Below, piece after piece: positions 1 through 7,882 of a stretch of 16,967 bases of DNA. Numbering within the stretch: the stretch's first letter is position 1; each line of letters starts with the position of its first letter. A program made the translations under genes and the position numbers. The notes beneath the pieces are model-generated. The model saw nothing but the letters and a program-made list of their open reading frames with translations, was not told the origin of the DNA and did no database searches. The DNA comes from an uncultured Deinococcales bacterium. Its GTDB lineage: Bacteria > Deinococcota > Deinococci > Deinococcales > JAAFIG01. The stretch is from contig CAXTTL010000096.1 in assembly GCA_964247135.1 (NCBI GenBank), positions 1-16,967 of the forward strand, given 5' to 3'.

Positions 1-49
1 TTTGATGGTGTCCAAGGCATGGTCTTATATTAAGCTAAAATTGCAGGAG

Positions 50-414
50 TCAGTAAAGTGAGTTTTTAAAAATCCTTTCTATAAAAGATTTAGAAACATG
101 GGGGTCATTTTTTATATACGCGTTTAAATAATAAATATCAGCAAAATCCCATTCTAAAACTATTGTGTTAAAGTTTTTATTTGTAACCAAATATTTTACA
201 ATACAAGTATTCAATGATCTAATATTTCGCTGCCATGCGTCGTTTCATCCAGCATCACAATATTATTTTTTGGATTAATATTTAAATCTTTACAGCTTAA
301 TTGTTTAGATAATTTACCATCAGACAAAATAAATTCGTCATTTTGTGCAAAAAAGCCACAAGAAACAAAAAGTAAACTTGTAATGGCAAGCAGCAGAACG
401 AACCCTTTTTTCAA
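50..414 (-). pseudogene. Frameshifted/degraded erythromycin esterase (Ere)-family lipoprotein
   Basis: GAGGAG RBS precedes TTG at 414. MKKGFVLLLAITSLLFVSC is a signal peptide with a lipobox-like Cys. IVMLDETTHGSE resembles the Ere 'lGEatHG' motif, then a stop at 211-213. A shifted frame continues as IRSLNTCIVKYLVTNKNFNTIVLEWDFADIYYLNAYI (Ere-like 'YLV.ekGF..ialE') to another TGA at 50-52. Bases 1-420 are ~29% GC. The gene may continue past the window edge. Confidence 0.65.
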
Positions 415-488
415 TTTACTCTCCTCGATCTTAAGGTCTTCCGAACTTCTCGAGAATACCAAGTTTCTCGAGCTTCAAACATGTGATC

Positions 489-519
489 AAAAAATTGGGA
501 GTGCAATTTGCACTCCCAA
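489..519 (-). terminator. Rho-independent terminator of the marR-MFS unit
   Basis: Perfect inverted repeat TTGGGAGTGCAA-T-TTGCACTCCCAA (495-519), followed on the minus strand by a T run (A6 at 489-494), 21 bp after the MFS stop. Confidence 0.85.
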
Positions 520-540
520 CGTCAACTTAAGCTTGAGATT

Positions 541-2859
541 TTACTCTGCGGCTGGGGCGTGACGCGCACCTGCGCGAAGTGGGAGTTCTGGAATGAAAGC
601 GGTAATCAAGAGTGCAAGCAAGGCGATCAAGATGCCGAGTTTGTAAACGGTGGTGATGCCAGTCGTGAACGATTCCTTGATGGCGTCGCCGATGCTGTCC
701 ACGGCTGGAAGGGCTTTGGCTTTGGCGTCAGAAATGCCCGTTAAAGCCTTGTCGAGAATCGATTTTGTGGCGCTGGCTTGAGCCGTCTGCAAACCTTTGT
801 CCAAGCCCGCCAGTGCGCCCTGGGTGGCTTGCGCAATCGCGCCAGCTTGGGCGGCATCCATGCCCTTTTTGATGCCCGCAAGAATCCCAACTCGAGCGCC
901 TGGGTTGGCGAGGGCAGCCGCAGGGATGCTCGAGAGCTGCGCTTTGAGCGGCGCTGGCAGTTGCGGGTTGGCGAGCAAGGCTTTCATGGCTTCGGGTTTG
1001 CCAGAGTTGATGGCGGCGGCAATGGCATTGTACTGCGCGGCGAATCCTGCCTTGACGCTGGCGGCGATGCCACCGGCTTGCAAGGTTTTCTTGAGTTGCT
1101 CTGGGGCGTTAGGATTCTCGAGCACCGCCTTGATGGCGACTGGATCGTTGTCACGCAAGGCTTTGGTGAAGGTGACTTTTTGCGCGGCAAGCTGGTTTTT
1201 CAAGTAATTTTGGAAACCACCGGCGCTCACGGCGTCCTCGAGTTGTTTCTTCTGGTCGGCTGGGGTTTGAGGGCTGGCAGCCAGTTTTTTCAATGCCTCG
1301 AGGTCGTTGTTTTGAACGGCGGCGGTGAACAAATTGGCGCTTTCGTCCAGTTTGGCGCTGAGGTCGGCTTTGATTTTGGTCGCGTCAAAACCGTTGCTCG
1401 AGCTGCCTTCACCCGAAAATCCTCCGCCAGCGACACTAAATTGGCTTTGCATGGCGGCGGGCAGACTGGCTTTGATCGTGTCCATGCGCGGGGTGATATC
1501 GTTTGAGACGACGTTGGCAAAGACCGAACCGAGGATTGCCACGCCAATCGTGCTGCCCATTTGTCTGAAGAAGGTGGCACTGGCGGTGGCGACCCCAATT
1601 TTTTGGGGTTGTACGGCGTTTTGAATTGCCAGCGTGAACAGTGGAATGCTCGGTCCGAGTCCCAAGCCCATGACGACCATTTTGGCGACGACTTCCCAGA
1701 AGGTGCTGTGCGAGGTGAGTGTAAAACCAGTCAGCACAAAGCTGAGTACCATGATGACCAAACCGACCAGCATTAATGGTTTGTAACGCCCGAACCTCGA
1801 GACGAGTTGACCGCTGAGCACATTACCGATGACCAGACCAAAGACCAGTGGAATACCGGCAAAGCCGCTGCTGGTGGCACTGACCCCGACCACGCGCTGC
1901 ATGAACAAGGGCAAGAACACGAACGCACCGAGAAAGCCCATGCCAATCACAAAGGCGGCTAAGTTTCCAATGGCAAAGGTTGGAATTTTAAACAATGAAA
2001 GATCGAGCAGTGGATCATGCGCTGCACGTTCGGTGAAAATAAAGGCGATCAAACCAACCACCGACAGGGCAAACAAGCCAAGAATTTCTGTCGACCCCCA
2101 CAAGAAACCCAGTTGACCAGGAGCAACACTGGTTTTGCCCAAACTTAAGGCAAGCAGCAAAGGAATGACGGCGACAATCAGGGTTAAAGCGCCCAAATAA
2201 TCAATTTTAGGCTTTAAAACTGCCAAGTTTAAATTCGGCATTTTGCTGATAATAAAAGTCAATGCCAGAGCACCAACTGGAACGTTGACGTAAAAAATCG
2301 ATTGCCAAGAAACATTATCGGTCAAAAAGCCGCCGACCAATGGACCGACCACGCTCGAGAGTCCAAAGACCGCGCCGAACAAACCGCTGTACTTGCCGCG
2401 ATCTTGGGCTGGAATAATATCGGCAATGATGGCTAAGGCACTGGTAAACAGCGATGCCGAACCCAAACCTTGAAGGGCGCGGGCGATGATCAAAAATTCG
2501 GCGGTGTTCGAGAGTCCGCACAGCACCGAACCGAGCAAGAAAATGCTGATGCCGATCAAAAGAATCGGTTTGCGTCCGTACAAATCTGAAAGTTTGCCCC
2601 AAATCGGCACAAAGACGGTACTGGAAACCAGGTAAGCGGTGGTAATCCAGGAATAGAGCGAGTTGTCAATGTTCAAGACCCGTTGGATGGTTGGTGCGGC
2701 GGTGGCGACGATGGTTTGGTCGAGGGCTGCCAGCAGAACGCCCAAAAAAGCACCAATCAGCGTGAAATTGATTTGCTGTTGGGTCAATTTTGGTACGGCT
2801 GGGGCGTTGTACGCCATGCCTGGTGGTGCGCCTTCGGGTCGGGATGATGGTGATGCCAT
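541..2859 (-). CDS. DHA2 (EmrB/QacA, 14-TMS) MFS drug-efflux transporter with a large extracytoplasmic insertion before the last TMS
   Basis: LAALDQTIVATAAP, WITTAY, motif A GKLSDLYGRK, ARALQGLG, GPLVGGFLTD, RQMGSTIGVAILG. Start moved to ATG 2859, which has an AAAGGAG RBS, instead of TTG 2952. Confidence 0.93.
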   Translation of the reverse strand: MASPSSRPEGAPPGMAYNAPAVPKLTQQQINFTLIGAFLGVLLAALDQTIVATAAPTIQRVLNIDNSLYSWITTAYLVSSTVFVPIWGKLSDLYGRKPILLIGISIFLLGSVLCGLSNTAEFLIIARALQGLGSASLFTSALAIIADIIPAQDRGKYSGLFGAVFGLSSVVGPLVGGFLTDNVSWQSIFYVNVPVGALALTFIISKMPNLNLAVLKPKIDYLGALTLIVAVIPLLLALSLGKTSVAPGQLGFLWGSTEILGLFALSVVGLIAFIFTERAAHDPLLDLSLFKIPTFAIGNLAAFVIGMGFLGAFVFLPLFMQRVVGVSATSSGFAGIPLVFGLVIGNVLSGQLVSRFGRYKPLMLVGLVIMVLSFVLTGFTLTSHSTFWEVVAKMVVMGLGLGPSIPLFTLAIQNAVQPQKIGVATASATFFRQMGSTIGVAILGSVFANVVSNDITPRMDTIKASLPAAMQSQFSVAGGGFSGEGSSSNGFDATKIKADLSAKLDESANLFTAAVQNNDLEALKKLAASPQTPADQKKQLEDAVSAGGFQNYLKNQLAAQKVTFTKALRDNDPVAIKAVLENPNAPEQLKKTLQAGGIAASVKAGFAAQYNAIAAAINSGKPEAMKALLANPQLPAPLKAQLSSIPAAALANPGARVGILAGIKKGMDAAQAGAIAQATQGALAGLDKGLQTAQASATKSILDKALTGISDAKAKALPAVDSIGDAIKESFTTGITTVYKLGILIALLALLITAFIPELPLRAGARHAPAAE

Positions 2860-2970
2860 GTTTGTGCTCCTTTCAAGCCGAATCTCGGCACTAGCGGGCG
2901 AGGTGATTGTGACGCAAAACGTGTGAACAGTGCATGAAGCTCGAGACGCCAACCTGATGTTTCTCGAGGG

Positions 2971-3450
2971 TTAAGAATTGATTTCGTTTGTTTCGCTCAT
3001 GGTGTTGGCGAGATGAACCAAAGTGTCAATAAAGGCTTTGACTTGCTCTTGGGGCAGACTCACCAGACCACGTTCGACCAGGCGAGCCATCGTGCTGCGT
3101 GTGGCGTTTAAAACCTCAAAACCTTTTTGGGTAATCTCGAGCTTAACGCGTCTGGAATCTTCGGTGTCGAGGCTGCGCCTGACAAGATCGCGTTTGGTCA
3201 GGTTTTCGAGCATCCTCGAGATTCCGCTGGGTGAAATGCTGGTACGTTCGCAAAGTAAGCCTGGGTAATTTGCGCCGCGATCAATGGTGTTGAGCGCCAT
3301 AAAATCGCCAAAATCCATCTGATGTTCGCGCTCGAGGATTGGTGCGACGTTGCGTTTCATGACTTGACCAAATGTCCACCACGCATCCATCACGTCGCTT
3401 GATGGCGTGTCTGAAAGGTCTTTGGAGGATTTTTCGAGTAATGATTTCAC
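2971..3450 (-). CDS. MarR family transcriptional regulator
   Basis: wHTH ISPSGISRMLENLTKRDLVRR and the DxR motif (EDSRRVKLEITQKG). Directly upstream of the MFS gene. Start probably GTG 3450, because the track's TTG 3489 is the -35 box. Confidence 0.88.
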   Translation of the reverse strand: MKSLLEKSSKDLSDTPSSDVMDAWWTFGQVMKRNVAPILEREHQMDFGDFMALNTIDRGANYPGLLCERTSISPSGISRMLENLTKRDLVRRSLDTEDSRRVKLEITQKGFEVLNATRSTMARLVERGLVSLPQEQVKAFIDTLVHLANTMSETNEINS

Positions 3451-3458
3451 AACGAGAT

Positions 3459-3489
3459 AATTTATACCTGAAATAGTTTCAGTTTGCAA
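3459..3489 (-). promoter_or_regulatory. sigma70-type promoter of marR-MFS with a palindromic operator in the spacer
   Basis: TTGCAA (3489-3484), 17 nt, TATAAA/TAAATT (3466-3459). Inverted repeat CTGAAA-tag-TTTCAG at 3468-3482 lies between the boxes. Confidence 0.7.
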
Positions 3490-3534
3490 GTATCTCGAGG
3501 TGAAACCATTGGCTTAAGCCAGATGGCTTAGCGT

Positions 3535-4680
3535 TCAAACTTTAGGTTTCGCAATCCCGCCCCACAACTCGAGCAATTGCGTCACGGTTTTTGAATTCTG
3601 GGCATTGATCTCCAAAACCCGAGGAATGTCGGGTTCAGGATCATCTAGGGTTTTGGGTAGCGCCTCGCTCGAGTGAGGCTGCCACTGGGTCAACCAGGCT
3701 TTGGGAAGTTGAAACGGCAATTCTTGAGCGCTTAAGGCGGCGTACAAACTGCCCCAAACCCTCGGCACAGCCGTCCAGGTGGCATACCCACCGCCGCCCG
3801 TCGCCACCATTCGCCCTCCCGTAAAACGGTCGCTGTACTGCACAATTCGTTTGAACATTTCCTGATACCCAGGCACGGTCAGTGCCAAATCCGCCAGCGG
3901 ATCAAAAAAATGCGCGTCCGCACCCGCCTGCAAGACCAGCACATCGGGTTTGAAGCAAGCCAAAACAGGCTCGAGCACACGGTCCAACGCCTCCAAGAAA
4001 CTGACGTTTTGCGTGTAAGGCTCGAGCGGAATGTTGAGGCTGGCGCCAAGACCCTCATTTCGCCCAAGTTCGTAAATAAAACCCGTGCCTGGGTACAAAT
4101 AACGCCCAGTCTCGTGAAAAGAGATGGTGAGGACGTTCGGGTCATCGTAATGAATCCATTGCACGCCGTCGCCGTGATGCGCGTCGATGTCCAGATACGC
4201 CACCCGCAAACCTTGGGTTCGCAAATACGAAATCGCCACACTGAGATCGTTGTACACGCAAAAACCGCCACCTTTGTCGCTTTGCGCGTGATGCAAACCG
4301 CCAGCCAGGCTTAAGGCTCGAGTGTACCGACCACTTGCCACCAGTTCTGCCGCCAGCAGGGTGCCGCCCACCACCAGACTGGTCGCCTCGTGCATCCCAG
4401 CAAAAATTGGGGTGTCCGACGTGCCAATGCCGTACTCGAGGCAGTCAGGAACATCCTCGCCCCTGGACGCCCGCATGACCCTCGAGAGATACTTTTTGCT
4501 GTGAACAGCCGACAATGCCTCAAGACCCGCCATTTCAGGCTCAAAGACATTGCTGGCAGCCAGCAAACCCGAATGCTCGAGCAAACTTTTCACGGCTTGG
4601 GGACGAATTGCTTTAAACGGATGATGTTGCCCCAGATCGTAACGCAACTCCGCGCTCGAGAAGACAAAAGCCGTGTTCAT
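3535..4680 (-). CDS. acuC: Acetoin utilization protein AcuC (Zn-dependent HDAC-family lysine deacetylase)
   Basis: HPFK, GGLHHA, GFCVYND, YLDIDAHHGDGVQ, SFHETG..YPGTG, GADAH..DPLA, GGGGY. ATGA overlap with acuA. Confidence 0.93.
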   Translation of the reverse strand: MNTAFVFSSAELRYDLGQHHPFKAIRPQAVKSLLEHSGLLAASNVFEPEMAGLEALSAVHSKKYLSRVMRASRGEDVPDCLEYGIGTSDTPIFAGMHEATSLVVGGTLLAAELVASGRYTRALSLAGGLHHAQSDKGGGFCVYNDLSVAISYLRTQGLRVAYLDIDAHHGDGVQWIHYDDPNVLTISFHETGRYLYPGTGFIYELGRNEGLGASLNIPLEPYTQNVSFLEALDRVLEPVLACFKPDVLVLQAGADAHFFDPLADLALTVPGYQEMFKRIVQYSDRFTGGRMVATGGGGYATWTAVPRVWGSLYAALSAQELPFQLPKAWLTQWQPHSSEALPKTLDDPEPDIPRVLEINAQNSKTVTQLLELWGGIAKPKV

Positions 4681-5276
4681 TTGACCCCCAAAAACCGCAA
4701 ACGCTCGAATTCTGCGATCAGTTCGGGCGAAGCCCTCGGTCCAATTCGTGCCATCAAACTGTTGCCAGGAAAATCCAACTCTGGGTCATCGGTCTTAAAG
4801 ACCCTCATGCCAACACCAGTGTAAAGGCGCTCAAGCAATTTGCGGTAGGCATAGGTGCTCAAAGCTGTCCCCTCGAGGTCAAAATGCCAATAATAAATTG
4901 TGGCAATCACAATTTTATCCTCAAAACGCCCAGTGTTAAACGCCACCTCGAGCAAATGCCGCGCCAAATGCCGCCCACGGTGCAACTTCGAGGTTTCCAC
5001 CGCGCCCAACTCGAGCAAGCCAGGGACACCCGAGCCGCTCCAACGCTCGATCTCATCGGGCGGATGAAAGGTCGCATAACCCACCAGACGATGCCCCAAC
5101 CGCGCAAAACACACGCAAGCCAAACGATCCTGCGCAATCTCAAGTAACGCCTCGAACTGACGGTCGGGGGTACGAAAAACGTTCAAACTTGCATCCATCT
5201 CGAGCGTCCTTAAAAGTGCAGGATCGCCGCAAGGGAAGAGTTCGATTGGACCATACGGGCTGGAGAGGGTGCGCAT
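4677..5276 (-). CDS. acuA: AcuA-type GNAT lysine acetyltransferase
   Basis: FRTPDRQFEALLEIA, VGYATFHPPDEIERW, LLELGAVE, EDKIVIATIYYWHFDL, TDDPE and LMARIG match the AcuA pattern. Translationally coupled to acuC. Confidence 0.88.
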   Translation of the reverse strand: MRTLSSPYGPIELFPCGDPALLRTLEMDASLNVFRTPDRQFEALLEIAQDRLACVCFARLGHRLVGYATFHPPDEIERWSGSGVPGLLELGAVETSKLHRGRHLARHLLEVAFNTGRFEDKIVIATIYYWHFDLEGTALSTYAYRKLLERLYTGVGMRVFKTDDPELDFPGNSLMARIGPRASPELIAEFERLRFLGVK

Positions 5277-5309
5277 TGAAGTCCTGGATTCTTAGCAATT
5301 GCGTGGTCT

Positions 5310-5473
5310 ACCCTCATCCCCGATCCTTCTTGGTTTCAAGACGCACCTTCGAGCGAAACCGCTTCTCCCAACATCAGGAGAAGGGAGATTAGGTTTTTTA
5401 CACGTGTGGATCGAGGGATTTGTCCTTCTCCTGCTGGCGGAAGAAGGTGGCGAGGTACGAGCCGGATGAGGGT
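5310..5473. repeat. Composite palindromic intergenic repeat (REP/BoxC-like, CCTTCTCC...GGAGAAGG type)
   Basis: Terminal inverted repeats ACCCTCATCC (5310-5319) / GGATGAGGGT (5464-5473). Internal hairpins CTTCTCC...GGAGAAG and CCTTCTCC...GGAAGAAGG. 18/20 identity with the reverse complement of 7749-7768. Confidence 0.7.
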
Positions 5474-5478
5474 GGAGC

Positions 5479-6108
5479 TTACTGCGCATCCAAGACATCA
5501 ATTCCGCTCGAGCGCAGGCGTTCCGCCGCCGTTTCTGAACCTTCGCCAGTGACACGAAGCACGACTTGACGGCGACCATCGGCTAATCCTGCGGTGGCAA
5601 GGCTGGCAATATTGCTGGGTTTGATGGCTTCGGTGGTTTTCTCGAGCGCCCCTGGTACGTCGGGCAGGTCGATGGTCAGGCGCACGCCGCCCTCTTTTAA
5701 ACCGAGCACTTGAATCAACGCCCCCAAGACATCGGTGATGGTCAGGATTCCGACCAGTGCGCCAGCGTTATCCAGCACGGGCAAACCGGCGACCTTATGG
5801 GCTTGCATCTCGAGGGCGGCATTTTCGAGCGTGTCATCGCTGGTGGTGGTGCGCACGGGATGCGCCATGACTTCTTTGACGGTCAGTTTGGAGAGTAAGT
5901 AATTCATTTCCCAGACCGAAAGCGTGGTGGCTTTGGAGGGCATGGCGTCTTTGAGGTCTTTATCGGTGACGATGCCGACCAGTTTTGCGCCGTCCACCAC
6001 GGGCAAACGCCTGAATTTGTGTTCACGCAAGAGCCTTAATGCCTCGAGCACTGGTTTGTCCTGGGCTACGGTGAGGGGTGCGGGTGTCATCCAGTCTTTA
6101 ACGAGCAT
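5479..6108 (-). CDS. acuB: AcuB-type tandem CBS + ACT domain protein
   Basis: [56 protein letters not shown]-like DVPGAL. GGAGG RBS. Confidence 0.9.
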   Translation of the reverse strand: MLVKDWMTPAPLTVAQDKPVLEALRLLREHKFRRLPVVDGAKLVGIVTDKDLKDAMPSKATTLSVWEMNYLLSKLTVKEVMAHPVRTTTSDDTLENAALEMQAHKVAGLPVLDNAGALVGILTITDVLGALIQVLGLKEGGVRLTIDLPDVPGALEKTTEAIKPSNIASLATAGLADGRRQVVLRVTGEGSETAAERLRSSGIDVLDAQ

Positions 6109-6315
6109 TTTGAAGCCTCCGAAAAGATATTTTACGTCTTTTTGAGCGCAAAGTTTAGTTTTCCTTCATTCACGTTTTTAACACCGCCCTCACGCTCATG
6201 AGAAAGCCTGTGTTACATTTTGCCATGTAGAGGAATCCGAACAACGGAAAACCGACCCTCGAGTTACACCAAGCGCCCGCGAATTTAAAACCGTGTGCTT
6301 TTGAAAGGAAAAACC

Positions 6316-6807
6316 ATGTTGAAAAAAATCATTCCCGTCCTGCTGGCAGTGGCTTTAACCGCCGCATTCACCTTACCCAACGCCCAGAGCAAAGCCACCA
6401 AAATTGGTTTTGTCAACGCCCAAAAAGTGCTCGAGTGCCACCCAGATGGCAAGAATATTATTGCACAACGCAAAAAAGCCGAAGACGAACTCAAGCCGAT
6501 TCAACAACAAATCCAAGCGCTTCAAGCCAAACTCCAACAGAACACCGCCACCGCCGCCGAACGCCAACAGTACGACGTGCTGGCAAAATCGTACCAAGCT
6601 CGAGCCAAGCAACTCCAAGACAAATTTGATAAACTCCTCACGCCCGTCACCAAAGACGTTGACACCGCCGTTTCCAAGGTTGCCAAAGCCCAAGGTTACG
6701 TGATGGTCATGGATCGTCTGATCGCATCCTCGAGCGGTTTGGTCATTTACGCCGACCCAGAAGGCACGGACTTGACCGATGATGTTTGCGGTGAAGTCAA
6801 AAAGTAA
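6316..6807 (+). CDS. skp: OmpH/Skp periplasmic chaperone
   Basis: Signal peptide, KIGFVNAQKVL, Q-rich coiled coil, VAKAQGYVMVMD, DLTDDV. ATG 6316 has an AAAGGA RBS. Confidence 0.88.
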   Translation: MLKKIIPVLLAVALTAAFTLPNAQSKATKIGFVNAQKVLECHPDGKNIIAQRKKAEDELKPIQQQIQALQAKLQQNTATAAERQQYDVLAKSYQARAKQLQDKFDKLLTPVTKDVDTAVSKVAKAQGYVMVMDRLIASSSGLVIYADPEGTDLTDDVCGEVKK

Positions 6808-6830
6808 AGGTTCTGTTCTCAAGCGTCCAG

Positions 6831-6859
6831 ACCTCCCCAGATTTCGGGGAGGTTTTTTT
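6831..6859 (+). terminator. Rho-independent terminator after skp
   Basis: ACCTCCCC-agatttc-GGGGAGGT followed by TTTTTT. Confidence 0.85.
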
Positions 6860-6881
6860 GTTAAGCCCGACTCAAACCCCG

Positions 6882-6887
6882 TAAGCT
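6882..6887 (+). promoter_or_regulatory. -10 box for a probably leaderless ccmA transcript
   Basis: TAAGCT (TAnnnT) lies 7 nt before the GTG start. No SD sequence. Located just after the skp terminator. Confidence 0.55.
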
Positions 6888-6894
6888 AGAAGTT

Positions 6895-7557
6895 GTGACC
6901 GATTCCCCCGCCCTCGAGCTGACCGGTTTGGTACACCGTTACGCACGGTCTTACGTTTTGCGCGGCGCAAACTTGCAATTAAGGCGCGGCGAAGTGCTGG
7001 CGCTTTACGGCAGCAACGGCGCGGGCAAAACCACGCTCCTCAAAATTATGGCAACCGCGCTCTCGCCGTCTCGAGGCACGGGCAAGATTCTGGGATTCGC
7101 GCTGAACGACCAGCAACGCATTCGCGGCAAGGTTTTGCTCGTCTCGCACGCGCTGGGCTTGTACCAAGAACTTTCAGGACTCGAGAATCTTGAATTCAGC
7201 GCCAAGATGAGCCTGAAAAATATTCCCAAAGCCAGCCTGCAAACCGCCCTCGAGCACGTCGGCATGGGCAACGTGACCGCCCGCGTTCGCGCCTACTCGA
7301 GCGGAATGCGCAAACGCCTGGCGCTCGCCAAAATGCTGATCCTCGAGCCAGAACTGGTGCTTTTGGATGAACCTTTCGCCGCGCTTGACCCTGAAGGCAA
7401 AAACCTGGTCGAAGAACTTTTAACCCTCGAGCGTCAACGCGGCACGACCCTGATTATTGCCAGCCACGAACCCGAACGCACCAGTAAAATCGCCAGCCTC
7501 GAGACGACACTGCAAAATGGGTTGTTAAGTGAACCCATCCTTCCGAGGCTCGCATGA
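6895..7557 (+). CDS. ccmA: Heme ABC exporter ATP-binding subunit CcmA
   Basis: Walker A GSNGAGKT, signature YSSGMRKRL, Walker B/D-loop LLDEPFAALD, H-loop SH. First gene of the ccm cluster. Confidence 0.92.
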   Translation: MTDSPALELTGLVHRYARSYVLRGANLQLRRGEVLALYGSNGAGKTTLLKIMATALSPSRGTGKILGFALNDQQRIRGKVLLVSHALGLYQELSGLENLEFSAKMSLKNIPKASLQTALEHVGMGNVTARVRAYSSGMRKRLALAKMLILEPELVLLDEPFAALDPEGKNLVEELLTLERQRGTTLIIASHEPERTSKIASLETTLQNGLLSEPILPRLA

Positions 7558-7572
7558 ATTTGTCACCACGCC

Positions 7573-7770
7573 ACTCTCACCCGACTTTTTACCCCTTACA
7601 GCAGCACCTTCGGGCTTGGGGCACTCGCTTAAAGCTCGTCACCCTCTCCCGAAAGCGGAAGAAGGTTCAAACGCCTCAAAACAATAATTTCTCGAGCCTC
7701 CATTGCCGCCACACCACACAGCACCAAAACTCCCTTCTCTCCTGGGAGAGAAGGGTCGGGGATGAGAGGA
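7573..7770. repeat. Composite palindromic intergenic repeat, same family as 5310-5473
   Basis: CCCTTCTCTCC-t-GGGAGAGAAGGG hairpin plus tcggggatgagag tail. CCCTCTCCC...GGAAGAAGG hairpin. Shares GCACCTTCG with the first copy. Confidence 0.65.
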
Positions 7771-7825
7771 GACGAATAATTACCTTGTGTGTAACCACGA
7801 AAAATGTCTCTTTCCTCGCAACGCA

Positions 7826-7850
7826 GGGTGAACACAAGGTTCACCCCTAC
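7826..7850 (-). repeat. GTAG-family REP element
   Basis: Minus strand reads GTAG-GGGTGAAC-cttgt-GTTCACCC: a GTAG tetranucleotide followed by a perfect 8-bp stem. Confidence 0.75.
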
Positions 7851-7882
7851 AAAATCTTTAAACCATCGCTCGGGGCTAGCGC

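Noticed and set aside
50-213. TGA read-through or an alternative genetic code in the left-edge gene
   Set aside because: Similarity continues in a different frame, not through the TGA, and many intact genes in the window use TGA as stop.
508-2926. Plus-strand ORFs opposite the MFS gene (e.g. 778-1506) and similar antisense or alternate-frame ORFs elsewhere (9354-9977, 10089-11048)
   Set aside because: They are shadows of well-supported genes, with no motifs or RBS and atypical composition.
3510-3530. TGGCTTAAGCCA palindrome / short hairpin after acuC
   Set aside because: It could be a weak terminator or binding site, but there is no U-tract or second copy. CTTAAG occurs only a handful of times, too few to call a second iterated motif.
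5292-5579. ORFs spanning the acuB-acuA gap (5292-5579, 5189-5392)
   Set aside because: They overlap real genes and translate repeat-derived sequence, with no coding signals.
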